A stretch of DNA of 64,000 bases, from contig CBDBMS010000003.1 in the NCBI GenBank assembly GCA_965207545.1, positions 1,064,510 through 1,128,509 of the forward strand. Reading direction: 5' to 3'. Positions 39,640 through 50,831 of this stretch are shown here, piece by piece. Positions within the stretch are counted from its first letter, which is position 1, and each line of letters starts with the position of its first letter. Source of the stretch: Gammaproteobacteria bacterium. Its GTDB lineage: Bacteria > Pseudomonadota > Gammaproteobacteria > Tethybacterales > CBDBMS01. The notes under the pieces were generated by a model. It saw only the letters and a list, made by a program, of their open reading frames with translations. It was not told the DNA's origin and did no database searches. The translations under genes and the position numbers were made by a program.

Positions 39640-40233
39640 ATGTTTACAACCAATATCAATCCTTTTGGGGACCACGCTGAACAATTGACTGATGTCCAAA
39701 GGTTGACAGCAGATCATGCCTCTCAGGTAATTCAAAACTCGCTTACCTCCGCCATGAGGCTTGCCGAACTGCAAATGGAAAATGTCAAGCAATCCTTCGG
39801 GCAGGGCATCGGGTTCCTGAACAGGATCAGCAACGTGAAAAGCGGAAAGGACGCGCTTGATCTTCAGGACAAGTTCTACCGGACACAAACCGGCGCAATG
39901 CTTGACCAGTCAAGAAAGGTGACGGATGTCATTTTCGATGCACAGGAGCGCATGGAAAGTCTCACCAAGGAGAACTACTCCAGGATGAACAAGACGCTGA
40001 ACAGGACGATCGACAAATCGCTTGCGGCCGTTAATGTCTCGAATTCCTTTCCCGGCACACTGTTCAGGAACTATGTTGAGATGCAAAGAGATGCCTTCGA
40101 AAGGGCTCTGGGATTGACGCAAAAAAACTGGGAACAAGGTGTTTCACAGGCTCGCAAATCAACTCGCAATGTTGTGGATCAGATTCAAAAGGCCACTGTA
40201 AACGGAAGTTCCGCCAAAAAATCAAAGGCGTAA
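39640..40233 (+). CDS. Phasin-family protein, paralogue 2 (no basic tail).
   Basis: RLAELQMENVKQSF and MLDQSRKVTDVIFDAQER are co-linear with paralogue 1 and the phasin core. 197 aa. Confidence 0.6.
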   Translation: MFTTNINPFGDHAEQLTDVQRLTADHASQVIQNSLTSAMRLAELQMENVKQSFGQGIGFLNRISNVKSGKDALDLQDKFYRTQTGAMLDQSRKVTDVIFDAQERMESLTKENYSRMNKTLNRTIDKSLAAVNVSNSFPGTLFRNYVEMQRDAFERALGLTQKNWEQGVSQARKSTRNVVDQIQKATVNGSSAKKSKA

Positions 40234-40302
40234 CAGCCTACCAACTTCCGGCGCTAGTTTCTCTTCACTCCTCCTCCCTGAAATAGCGTCGGAAACCGGA
40301 AA

Positions 40303-40335
40303 GCGGACATGGCATCAGTCATGTCCGCTTTTTTT
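40303..40335 (+). terminator. Rho-independent terminator of phasin paralogue 2.
   Basis: GCGGACATG-gcatcagt-CATGTCCGC followed by TTTTTTT. The stem sequence is shared with the paralogue-1 terminator. Confidence 0.7.
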
Positions 40336-40433
40336 ATCTTCATCTTCTCGAGTGGTCTGGGGAGAACGCAACAGCCACCAAATGATGAAGCCAACTAGCC
40401 CAAGTGCAAGCACGATTTCCGCTAGCACCCAGA

Positions 40434-41648
40434 TCATCCCGCCTCCTGGCATCCGCCATGAATGAACTCATTATGGCTCATAAGCCAGCAGGAAAGGAAA
40501 GGAACCACTCCCAGCCCAGCCCAAAGGACAAGCAAACCATGCGGCGAGTGCACATGCTCCATCAGAAATCCTCCCGCCACAGGCCCTGCAAACAGGCCTA
40601 AACTGAACATCTGGTTGAAGATTGCGCTTGCGGTGACCAGTCGCAACCCCTTGAATCTCATCGCAACCGAGAAAATCCCAATCAGGTAGACGGAGCCCAA
40701 TGCCCCTCCCCATAGCACGAGCAGGGGCTTGAGCAGGGGCATGTCCGTCACTACTCCCAAATACATCAGTGGCACTCCCCCCACAAGCATGGCCGAGACT
40801 ACCGCCATCACATGCATGAGCCGGGCCCTGCCAAGAAGCCAGCCAACTATCGGCGTGAATATCATGCTGCCTAGACCAATCATGGTGAGCAGAACCGCCG
40901 TCTCGGATGCACTGTAGCCAGTCTTCCCCGCATAGACGGGAAACAGGTTGAGTGTTGTGATCTCAATGGCGCCGTGTGTAAAGGCGCAAACCATTGCGAA
41001 ATACATTAGAGGGAACACGTCCCTTATCCGTGCTTTTTCCTCACCGGCAAGTTCAATGTCGCCGTCAGACATGGATGGCACCAGCAGGAAAATCAGTGCA
41101 GCCGAGAAAGGCAGAGCCGCACACACCAGATAGGGTGTCCAGCCTTCCGTGCCGGAGGCCGCCAGCAATGCCGGACCAATCACGCATCCCAACGAATAGG
41201 TTGAGCAGTAGATTCCGACAGCCAACCCCCGCCGAGTTGCCATTGACGACGAAATGATCAGCGTCTCGCTAACAATAAACACCAGCGCGATCCCGATCGC
41301 ATTGGCAACATATATCGCGTACCAGACTGCCAATCTGCCCTCCGTGATCCTGAACAGCAGTACGGTCACCGGAAGCACAAGCAGTGCAAGCACTGCCATG
41401 CGCGTCAACCTGATTCTCCGAGCAAGACGGGTCACCACCAGCGGTGCAACCAAACCGCCGCTGGCGGCACAGGCTCCGAGAACGCTGATCTCGACCGGTG
41501 AATGCCCATCCTCTGCAAGCCTGATGGACAACAACGGCAACAGAAGAGTCAGATCGGCTGCGAATATCCCCACACAGACCAACGCCCCGACATACCTGGC
41601 CAAGGAGACGGTGCCGCCCTTCTGTGCCAGTTTCCCATCCATTCCCAC
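40434..41648 (-). CDS. MFS transporter.
   Basis: 404-aa, 12-TM protein with MFS-type repeats. Confidence 0.8.
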   Translation of the reverse strand: MGMDGKLAQKGGTVSLARYVGALVCVGIFAADLTLLLPLLSIRLAEDGHSPVEISVLGACAASGGLVAPLVVTRLARRIRLTRMAVLALLVLPVTVLLFRITEGRLAVWYAIYVANAIGIALVFIVSETLIISSSMATRRGLAVGIYCSTYSLGCVIGPALLAASGTEGWTPYLVCAALPFSAALIFLLVPSMSDGDIELAGEEKARIRDVFPLMYFAMVCAFTHGAIEITTLNLFPVYAGKTGYSASETAVLLTMIGLGSMIFTPIVGWLLGRARLMHVMAVVSAMLVGGVPLMYLGVVTDMPLLKPLLVLWGGALGSVYLIGIFSVAMRFKGLRLVTASAIFNQMFSLGLFAGPVAGGFLMEHVHSPHGLLVLWAGLGVVPFLSCWLMSHNEFIHGGCQEAG

Positions 41649-41747
41649 CTAACTCCCCGCCATTAATATTCCCTGCAAGCGATCCGAAACAGGGAGACCG
41701 TAAAATAGGTGGGAATTATAACCGTTCGCCTGGAAGGAAGTTTATAA

Positions 41748-44247
<2,500 letters not shown>

Positions 44248-44270
44248 AAGAATTACAGGCGTTTCTGGCA

Positions 44271-45173
44271 ATGACTAGTACGCCCCATTCCCCAAATGAC
44301 CGTCCTCTAATCAGCATCAGCCTAATGGTTGGAGGCATGTTGATCGCACCCATGGGGGATACGGTTGCCAAGTTGCTGAGCACCACGTTGCCGGTGGTTG
44401 AGATCGCATGGCTCAGGAACATGCTTCAAGCGGCACTCCTTTTCCCGTTCATTCATCTGTTGCATAGGGGCTGGGCATTCAGGCTTGTCAGCAACATCAA
44501 AATCCTTTTTGTAATGGGAACGCTATGGATACTGTCCACGATGGCGTTCTACTACTCGATCTCCAAAAATCCCATCCCCAACACACTGGCGGTATTCTTT
44601 GTCTGTCCCATAGCGGTGATGACCCTTGCACCCTTGTTTCTTGGAGAACGATTCAGGCTTAACCAACTGATGGCAGTCCTGATCAGCTTCCTAGGCGTCC
44701 TCCTTGTTCTACAGCCTGACCGCAGTTTTGACCCTTCGATACTATTCGCCTTGCTCGGTGGAATCTGCTTCGGATGCTATCTCATGAGCCTGCGCAAGGT
44801 ATCAGGCCGGATGAGTCCCCTGGAACGCAGTTTCGGAGCAGGATGCATGGCCCTCATACTCCCTTTCCCCGTCGTGCTATGGCTATGGGAATGGCCTGGC
44901 TGGGATCTTGCGGTTCCGCTGACCGTGCTCGGACTCACCACTGTCATAAGTCACTGGCTTATCGCTCTCGCAAGCGACTACGCAGACGCTTCGGTCTATG
45001 CTCCCTTCAACTATGTGGAGATACTCAGTGCTACGCTGCTTAGCTGGATTTTCTTCCGCACTTTTCCCAACCTGTGGGCCTGGGTTGGCATACTTATCAT
45101 CATCGGAACCGGACTTTACCTGATGCTCATGGAACGGAAAGCGGCGAAGGTTGATCAAATCACCCTACCTTAG
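44271..45173 (+). CDS. EamA/DMT-family transporter.
   Basis: 300-aa, 10-TM protein with two EamA-like halves. Confidence 0.75.
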   Translation: MTSTPHSPNDRPLISISLMVGGMLIAPMGDTVAKLLSTTLPVVEIAWLRNMLQAALLFPFIHLLHRGWAFRLVSNIKILFVMGTLWILSTMAFYYSISKNPIPNTLAVFFVCPIAVMTLAPLFLGERFRLNQLMAVLISFLGVLLVLQPDRSFDPSILFALLGGICFGCYLMSLRKVSGRMSPLERSFGAGCMALILPFPVVLWLWEWPGWDLAVPLTVLGLTTVISHWLIALASDYADASVYAPFNYVEILSATLLSWIFFRTFPNLWAWVGILIIIGTGLYLMLMERKAAKVDQITLP

Positions 45174-45180
45174 GGCTGCC

Positions 45181-45765
45181 TTATCCGTCCCTTGCCTTGC
45201 CGAGAATCTCCTTTGCATCGGATTCGAGCATCGGACCGATGTGCCTGTGCAGAACAACGCCGGATCTGTCAATTAGAAACGTTTCCGGAATCCCGTACAC
45301 GCCGATCTGATGCCCGATGTCGCCGTTACTATCGGCCAGCGAGAACATATAGGGATTGCGGTTCTCCTCGAGCCAGTCAAGTGCATTCCTTTCGCTGTCC
45401 TTGTGGTTCAGGCCGATAACGGTCAGCCCCTGCTCCGAAAGCCAGCTGACCTGCGGGTGTTCCAGCCGGCAAGGCCCACACCAGGAAGCCCATATGTTGA
45501 GTAACCACACGCGACCCCTCATGTCGTCAAGGGAGATCGTCTCGTCGGAATCGCTGCCAAGCTTTGCGGCCCGCAGGGAAGGCATAGTGCCACCAACTTT
45601 GAGGAAGGAAGACTTTATCTGAGGAGAAGGGTCGGAAGAGATCTCAAATGCCACCGCCAACAGGATTGGGACAAGAAACCCTAGCAGTGCAAGATGAAGT
45701 GCCCTGCGAGACAACCCGCCTGTGAGACTAGATGCCATGGCTCGCCTGCCAGCCGAACAGGCCAT
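45181..45765 (-). CDS. ccmG: Thiol:disulfide interchange protein CcmG/DsbE (cytochrome c maturation).
   Basis: VWLLNIWASWCGPCRLEHP...GVYGIPETFLIDRSGVV aligns with CcmG. Confidence 0.8.
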   Translation of the reverse strand: MACSAGRRAMASSLTGGLSRRALHLALLGFLVPILLAVAFEISSDPSPQIKSSFLKVGGTMPSLRAAKLGSDSDETISLDDMRGRVWLLNIWASWCGPCRLEHPQVSWLSEQGLTVIGLNHKDSERNALDWLEENRNPYMFSLADSNGDIGHQIGVYGIPETFLIDRSGVVLHRHIGPMLESDAKEILGKARDG

Positions 45766-45795
45766 GGCTTCCGTGAGAGGGCGTCCACCCCATAG

Positions 45796-46236
45796 CTAGT
45801 TTTTTTCCAGCGTCTTGGCCGCCTCAAGTGCTGCGGCCGCCTCGGGCGGCATGTAGTTCTCGTCATGTTTCGCGAGAACCTCAGAGGCCGTCAGAAGACC
45901 GTCGCCATCAAGCCTGCCCTTGACAACAACCCCTTGTCCCTCCCGGAATAGATCGGGAAGAATTCCCTCGTAGGCTACGGGTACCGAGTTAACCGTGTCG
46001 GTCACCGTAAAGGTGACCTTGATGCCTTCCTTCTCCCTTTGGACGGAATCAGCCGTCACGAGTCCGCCAACACGGATCTCTCTTTCCCTTATGACTTCTC
46101 CCTCCACGATCTGTGAAGGTGTGAAGAAGAAAAGCAGGTTTGACCGGAAAGCATTCAATGCCAGTGCTGACGTCACCGATATGCCGGCGAGAAAGAACAG
46201 CATCCATCCCAGACGACGCTTCCGTGAAGGTCTCAT
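45796..46236 (-). CDS. ccmE: Cytochrome c-type biogenesis haem chaperone CcmE.
   Basis: TM anchor plus EGILPDLFREGQGVVVKGRL...EVLAKHDENYMPPE, close to identical to the CcmE consensus. The internal ATG at 46236 was chosen. Confidence 0.85.
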   Translation of the reverse strand: MRPSRKRRLGWMLFFLAGISVTSALALNAFRSNLLFFFTPSQIVEGEVIREREIRVGGLVTADSVQREKEGIKVTFTVTDTVNSVPVAYEGILPDLFREGQGVVVKGRLDGDGLLTASEVLAKHDENYMPPEAAAALEAAKTLEKN

Positions 46237-46393
46237 TCTCCCGTTCTCCCACCAATTGGAACCGAACCGTACATTGCATGCCAATTTTCCCATAAAAGTG
46301 CCATGCCAAGGTAGTCTGTACGTGATCGGCTCTGCGGCTTGTGACACCTCACAGTGACACGGAGAATGGCGGAACTAATGAGATAATCGGCAA

Positions 46394-46582
46394 ATGACCA
46401 AGATACTTGTTCTTGCACTCGGGATCTTTCTGGCGCTGATGTTGCCCCGTCTTCTCAGAAAGATTGGCAGAAACCGGGAACCGGGTGAAAAACGCAGAAC
46501 CGAACGGCTGGTTCGCTGTGAGCGATGCGGCGTCCATGTGCTGGCGGGAGAGGAATGCGAATGCAGGCGCGAAAGTCCATGA
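46394..46582 (+). CDS. Small membrane-anchored zinc-ribbon protein (PP0621-family-like).
   Basis: The N-terminal TM segment ILVLALGIFLALMLPRLLRK is followed by LVRCERCGVHVLAGEECEC. The pattern resembles the conserved small PP0621-type proteins (recalled from memory). Confidence 0.45.
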   Translation: MTKILVLALGIFLALMLPRLLRKIGRNREPGEKRRTERLVRCERCGVHVLAGEECECRRESP

Positions 46583-46884
46583 GCCACTATCAACGCCATA
46601 TCTTCATGTGCACCAATGTGCGTGATAATGAGGCATGTTGCCAGGACTGGAACTCCGAAGGAATGCTCAAACACTTCCGCATGAGGCTGAAAGGCCTGCA
46701 GTTGCACGGTGCAGGAAAAGTCCGCGTCAACAAGTCCGGCTGCATGGATCGGTGTGCCGAGGGTCCGGTCATGGTGATCTATCCTGACAATGTCTGGTAC
46801 CGCTACGAGAGCGAAAGCGACATCGACGAAATCGTCGATGAACATATCCTAGCCAACAGAACTGTGGAGCGGCTGCTTATCTAG
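46561..46884 (+). CDS. Thioredoxin-like [2Fe-2S] ferredoxin-domain protein.
   Basis: HIFMCTNVRDNEACCQ...KSGCMDRCAEGPVMVIYPDNVWY has the Cys spacing of the thioredoxin-like 2Fe-2S ferredoxin family. Start ambiguous (46555, 46561 or 46579). Confidence 0.65.
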   Translation: MQARKSMSHYQRHIFMCTNVRDNEACCQDWNSEGMLKHFRMRLKGLQLHGAGKVRVNKSGCMDRCAEGPVMVIYPDNVWYRYESESDIDEIVDEHILANRTVERLLI

Positions 46885-47505
46885 ATGACAGCCGACAACT
46901 ACTCTCCAAAAACTTCGATCATACAGGGACCGGCTGGTGATCTGGAGATAGCCACTTCCGTTCCGGGACAGCCAGCCATAGGAACTGCACTGGTCGCTCA
47001 TCCGCATCCTCTCCAAGGCGGCACCATGGCCAACAAGGTGGTACAGACCCTGTGCAAGCACCTGTTTCGCTCCGGATACCGGGTGGCAACAATGAACTTC
47101 CGAGGAGTCGGAAAGTCTGGTGGACAGCACAACAGCGGGATCGGCGAGGCGGACGACATGATTGCACTCGCCCGGCATCTGGGTGCGGATTCGGATGGCC
47201 TGCCGATCGTGCTTGCAGGATTCTCCTTTGGCGGCGGCGTTCAAGTGCGGGTCAGCCAGTTTCTTGGTGTCCGGCGCATCCTGCTCGCCGCTCCTTCCAT
47301 TCCGGACGATGCACCGCCAATCGATACGGAAGCCCATGTTCTCATGGCCTTCAACGACGAAGTCGTCAACCCGGACCGGGTGCTTGAATGGAGCCGCAGA
47401 AACAGGGCGACAATTACTCTGGTCCCCGATGCAGGGCACTTTTTCCACGGCAAGCTACACGTGGTCGCCAACTGGGTGAGACAACAAGCCGAACATCTTT
47501 CCTGA
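46885..47505 (+). CDS. Alpha/beta-fold hydrolase (COG2945-type).
   Basis: ALVAHPHPLQGGTMANKVV...LAGFSFGG...DAGHFFHG shows a nucleophile elbow and catalytic His. Confidence 0.7.
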   Translation: MTADNYSPKTSIIQGPAGDLEIATSVPGQPAIGTALVAHPHPLQGGTMANKVVQTLCKHLFRSGYRVATMNFRGVGKSGGQHNSGIGEADDMIALARHLGADSDGLPIVLAGFSFGGGVQVRVSQFLGVRRILLAAPSIPDDAPPIDTEAHVLMAFNDEVVNPDRVLEWSRRNRATITLVPDAGHFFHGKLHVVANWVRQQAEHLS

Positions 47506-47546
47506 AACTGGAGTGGTCACAAACGATCCAGCCACTTCAGAACCTC

Positions 47547-48014
47547 ATGCTCAACGTCATCCTGTTCCGTCCCCTGATCCCTCCCAACACCGGCAATGTG
47601 ATCCGGCTATGCGCCAACACCGGATGCGACCTACATCTCGTACGGCCGCTTGGATTCGCACTTGATGATGCCCGCATGCGCAGGGCGGGACTTGACTACC
47701 GTGAGCGGGTAAAAGTCAACGTCCACGACAGCCTGGACGATGCACTCAAGACAATCGGGACAGGAACATTGTACATCCTGACCACTTCCGGCACGGCGCC
47801 CTTTCATTCGGCAGGATTCAAGATGAACGACACACTTCTCTTCGGTAACGAGGAGGAAGGACTGCCGGACGAGGTCAGGAAAAGTGTACCGCCTGAACAC
47901 CAACTGCGCATACCCATGCTTCCGGAAAGCCGTTGCCTCAACTTGTCGAACTCGGTGGCAATCACGGTGTACTTCGCACTTGACCGGGCTGGTGCGCTTC
48001 GCTACATGTCCTAG
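47547..48014 (+). CDS. trmL: tRNA (cytidine/uridine-2'-O)-methyltransferase TrmL (SpoU family).
   Basis: [37 protein letters not shown]...RRAGLDY...[11 protein letters not shown] is near-colinear with E. coli TrmL. The internal ATG at 47547 was chosen. Confidence 0.85.
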   Translation: MLNVILFRPLIPPNTGNVIRLCANTGCDLHLVRPLGFALDDARMRRAGLDYRERVKVNVHDSLDDALKTIGTGTLYILTTSGTAPFHSAGFKMNDTLLFGNEEEGLPDEVRKSVPPEHQLRIPMLPESRCLNLSNSVAITVYFALDRAGALRYMS

Positions 48015-48051
48015 GGAAAAGGATTACAATCCCCGGTACAAGAGGATCCAC

Positions 48052-49173
48052 ATGAAAACAAGAGCGGCAATTGCACACAAGGCGGGAGAATCGCTGTCCA
48101 TTGAGACCATTGATCTCGAAGGTCCTAAGGAAGGCGAGGTCCTGATAGAAATCAAGGCTACGGGTATCTGCCATACCGACGCCTACACACTCTCCGGCGA
48201 TGATCCCGAAGGGGTTTTCCCTTCAGTCCTTGGGCACGAGGGAGCCGGGGTGGTGGCTGATGTGGGACCAGGCGTGTCAAGTCTTAAGGCAGGCGACCAT
48301 GTCATTCCACTGTACGTGCCTGAATGCCGCAACTGCAAGTTTTGCCTTTCAGGGAAAACCAACCTCTGCCAAGCTGTCCGTGAAACACAGGGCAAGGGCG
48401 TGATGCCTGACGGAACCGCACGTTTCTCGTCCGGAAAGGAGAAGATTCACCACTACATGGGAACCTCGACATTCTCCAACTTCACGGTCGTCCCTGAAAT
48501 CGCCGTTGCAAAAGTTAGAGAGGACGCGCCCTTTGACAAGATCTGCTACATTGGATGCGGGGTCACAACAGGGATTGGCGCCGTAATCAACACTGCCAAG
48601 GTTGAACCGGGCGCGACAGTCGCGATATTCGGTCTCGGCGGCATCGGGCTCAACGTTGCGCAGGGAGCCCGCATGGCCGGAGCCAGCATGATCATCGGCA
48701 TCGATTTGAATCCGGCCCGCGAGGAGATGGCACGGAAATTTGGCGTCACCCACTTTGTTAACGCCTCGCAAATGGGAGGCGCCGAACTGGTTCCACACCT
48801 GGTGGAAATAACTGGCGGGGGCCTCGACTACACATTCGAATGCATAGGGAACGTCACGACGATGCGCCAAGCGCTTGAAGCCTGCCACAAGGGCTGGGGA
48901 GTGAGCGTCATTATCGGCGTCGCAGGAGCGGGTCAGGAGATATCAACCAAACCGTTCCAGTTGGTGACTGGACGTTCGTGGCGTGGAACCGCCTTCGGAG
49001 GAGCTAAAGGCCGGACGGACGTTCCTAGGATTGTCGACTGGTACATGAACGGCATGATCAACATTGACGACCTGATTACACATACCATGCCCCTCGAACG
49101 GATCAACGACGCCTTTGATCTTATGAAGAGGGGCGAATCAATCCGTAGCGTCGTGGAGTTCGACACGGCCTAG
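48052..49173 (+). CDS. frmA: S-(hydroxymethyl)glutathione dehydrogenase / class III alcohol dehydrogenase.
   Basis: [49 protein letters not shown]...GHEGAGVV...[15 protein letters not shown] is the class III ADH signature. Confidence 0.9.
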   Translation: MKTRAAIAHKAGESLSIETIDLEGPKEGEVLIEIKATGICHTDAYTLSGDDPEGVFPSVLGHEGAGVVADVGPGVSSLKAGDHVIPLYVPECRNCKFCLSGKTNLCQAVRETQGKGVMPDGTARFSSGKEKIHHYMGTSTFSNFTVVPEIAVAKVREDAPFDKICYIGCGVTTGIGAVINTAKVEPGATVAIFGLGGIGLNVAQGARMAGASMIIGIDLNPAREEMARKFGVTHFVNASQMGGAELVPHLVEITGGGLDYTFECIGNVTTMRQALEACHKGWGVSVIIGVAGAGQEISTKPFQLVTGRSWRGTAFGGAKGRTDVPRIVDWYMNGMINIDDLITHTMPLERINDAFDLMKRGESIRSVVEFDTA

Positions 49174-49272
49174 GCAACCATGCCGAAACCCGAATCAAAC
49201 GGAAATCACCTGTGATATATTCCGCATTCTTCTCATAAACCCAATGACTTCGACATCCACCACGTAGGCTCT

Positions 49273-50514
49273 ATGCGTTACTCCATATTTTCGCTAGTCC
49301 GCAATGCTTTGACTGGACATAGGGACTGGCCTAAGGCTTGGCGCAGCCCCGCTCCCAAGCGGGAGTACGATGTCGTCATTGTGGGCGCCGGAGGGCACGG
49401 CTTGGCTACTGCTTATTACCTGGCCAAGGAACACGGAATAGGAAACGTGGCTGTTCTTGAAAAAGGATGGCTTGGCGGAGGAAACACTGGCCGCAACACA
49501 ACCATTATCCGCTCCGGCTATCTTCAGGAGAATTCTGCGCATCTCTACCACCATGCCGTCAAGCTGTGGGCGAACCTCAGCAGGGAACTCAACTTCAACG
49601 TGATGTATTCGCCACGCGGGTGCCTACAGTTGTCACACACAGTGCATGACTGGCAGGAAAAGCAACGTCGGGCGGCATCATGCCGTTTGCTCGGTCTTGA
49701 CATCGAAGCAATCTCTGCTCAGCAGGTCAAGGAACTCGTTCCCAACATCAACCTGAACACGCACTATCCGATCAATGGCGCTCTCTACCAGCCCGCCGGC
49801 GGCATAGCCAGGCACGATGCAGTGGCTTGGGGCTTTGCTCGCGGCGCCGACCGTCTCGGCGTTGACATCATCCAGAACTGCGAAGTGACCGGATTCAAGA
49901 TCGAGAACAACACCGTGACAGGAGTGGAGACCACACTAGGCCCCATCGGGGCCAAGAAGATCGGTTGCGTGGCATCCGGCCACAGCGGAATGCTCGCCAG
50001 CATGGCAGGATTCCGTCTTCCGTTGGAGACCTATCCGCTTCAGGCACTGGTATCCGAGCCGGTCGAACCCATGCTTGACATCGTCGTAATGTCGACGGTT
50101 CTACACGGCTACGTCAGCCAGTCTGACAAGGGCGAACTGGTCATCGGAGGCGGCACCGACTCCTATACGACCTACCGGCAACGCGGAAGTTTCCATCACA
50201 TGCGGGCCGTCATCCCTCCGCTTGTCACAATGTTTCCGCAATTTTCGCGCCTGCGCATGTTGCGCCAGTGGGCTGGTCTTGTTGACGTAACGCCTGACCG
50301 GTCGCCAATCATTTCAGAAACCCCAGTCAAAAGCCTCTTCTTCAACTGCGGATGGGGAACTGGAGGTTTCAAGGCAACTCCCGGTTCGGGTCATGTGTTT
50401 GCCCAGACAATTGCACGGGGAAGCGCATCTCCGTTGGCGGAAGCCTTTTCGATTAACCGTTTCAACACCGGGGCAATCGTTGACGAAGGTGCGGCGGCCG
50501 GAGTGGCTCACTAG
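49273..50514 (+). CDS. soxB: Heterotetrameric sarcosine oxidase beta subunit.
   Basis: YDVVIVGAGGHGLATAYYLAKEHGIGNVAVLEKGWLGGGNTGRNTTIIRSGYL is typical of SoxB. Confidence 0.9.
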   Translation: MRYSIFSLVRNALTGHRDWPKAWRSPAPKREYDVVIVGAGGHGLATAYYLAKEHGIGNVAVLEKGWLGGGNTGRNTTIIRSGYLQENSAHLYHHAVKLWANLSRELNFNVMYSPRGCLQLSHTVHDWQEKQRRAASCRLLGLDIEAISAQQVKELVPNINLNTHYPINGALYQPAGGIARHDAVAWGFARGADRLGVDIIQNCEVTGFKIENNTVTGVETTLGPIGAKKIGCVASGHSGMLASMAGFRLPLETYPLQALVSEPVEPMLDIVVMSTVLHGYVSQSDKGELVIGGGTDSYTTYRQRGSFHHMRAVIPPLVTMFPQFSRLRMLRQWAGLVDVTPDRSPIISETPVKSLFFNCGWGTGGFKATPGSGHVFAQTIARGSASPLAEAFSINRFNTGAIVDEGAAAGVAH

Positions 50515-50516
50515 AT

Positions 50517-50831
50517 ATGTTGCTGATCCGTTGTCCATGGTGCGGGGAGCGCGAGGAAACCGAGTTTGGAGGCCACAGCGAAGCCCACATAGTTCGCCCC
50601 AAGAAGCCAGAGAGTGTCAGTGACGAGAAATGGGGGGATTACCTTTTCTTCCGGACAAACCCCAGAGGCTGGCATTGGGAACAGTGGTCTCACGACTTTG
50701 GCTGCAGAAGATGGTTCTACATGCTGAGAAACACCGCAACCGGAGAAATCCACTCCACCTACGCTCCAACCGATCCAAAGCCTGAACCGCCCAGGAAAAA
50801 CGAAGGCAAAACGGAAACCGGCAAGCCATGA
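50517..50831 (+). CDS. soxD: Sarcosine oxidase delta subunit.
   Basis: MLLIRCPWCGEREETEF...WGDYLFFRTNPRGWHWEQWSH...CRRWF is the SoxD zinc-binding family. Stop-start overlaps on both sides. Confidence 0.85.
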   Translation: MLLIRCPWCGEREETEFGGHSEAHIVRPKKPESVSDEKWGDYLFFRTNPRGWHWEQWSHDFGCRRWFYMLRNTATGEIHSTYAPTDPKPEPPRKNEGKTETGKP

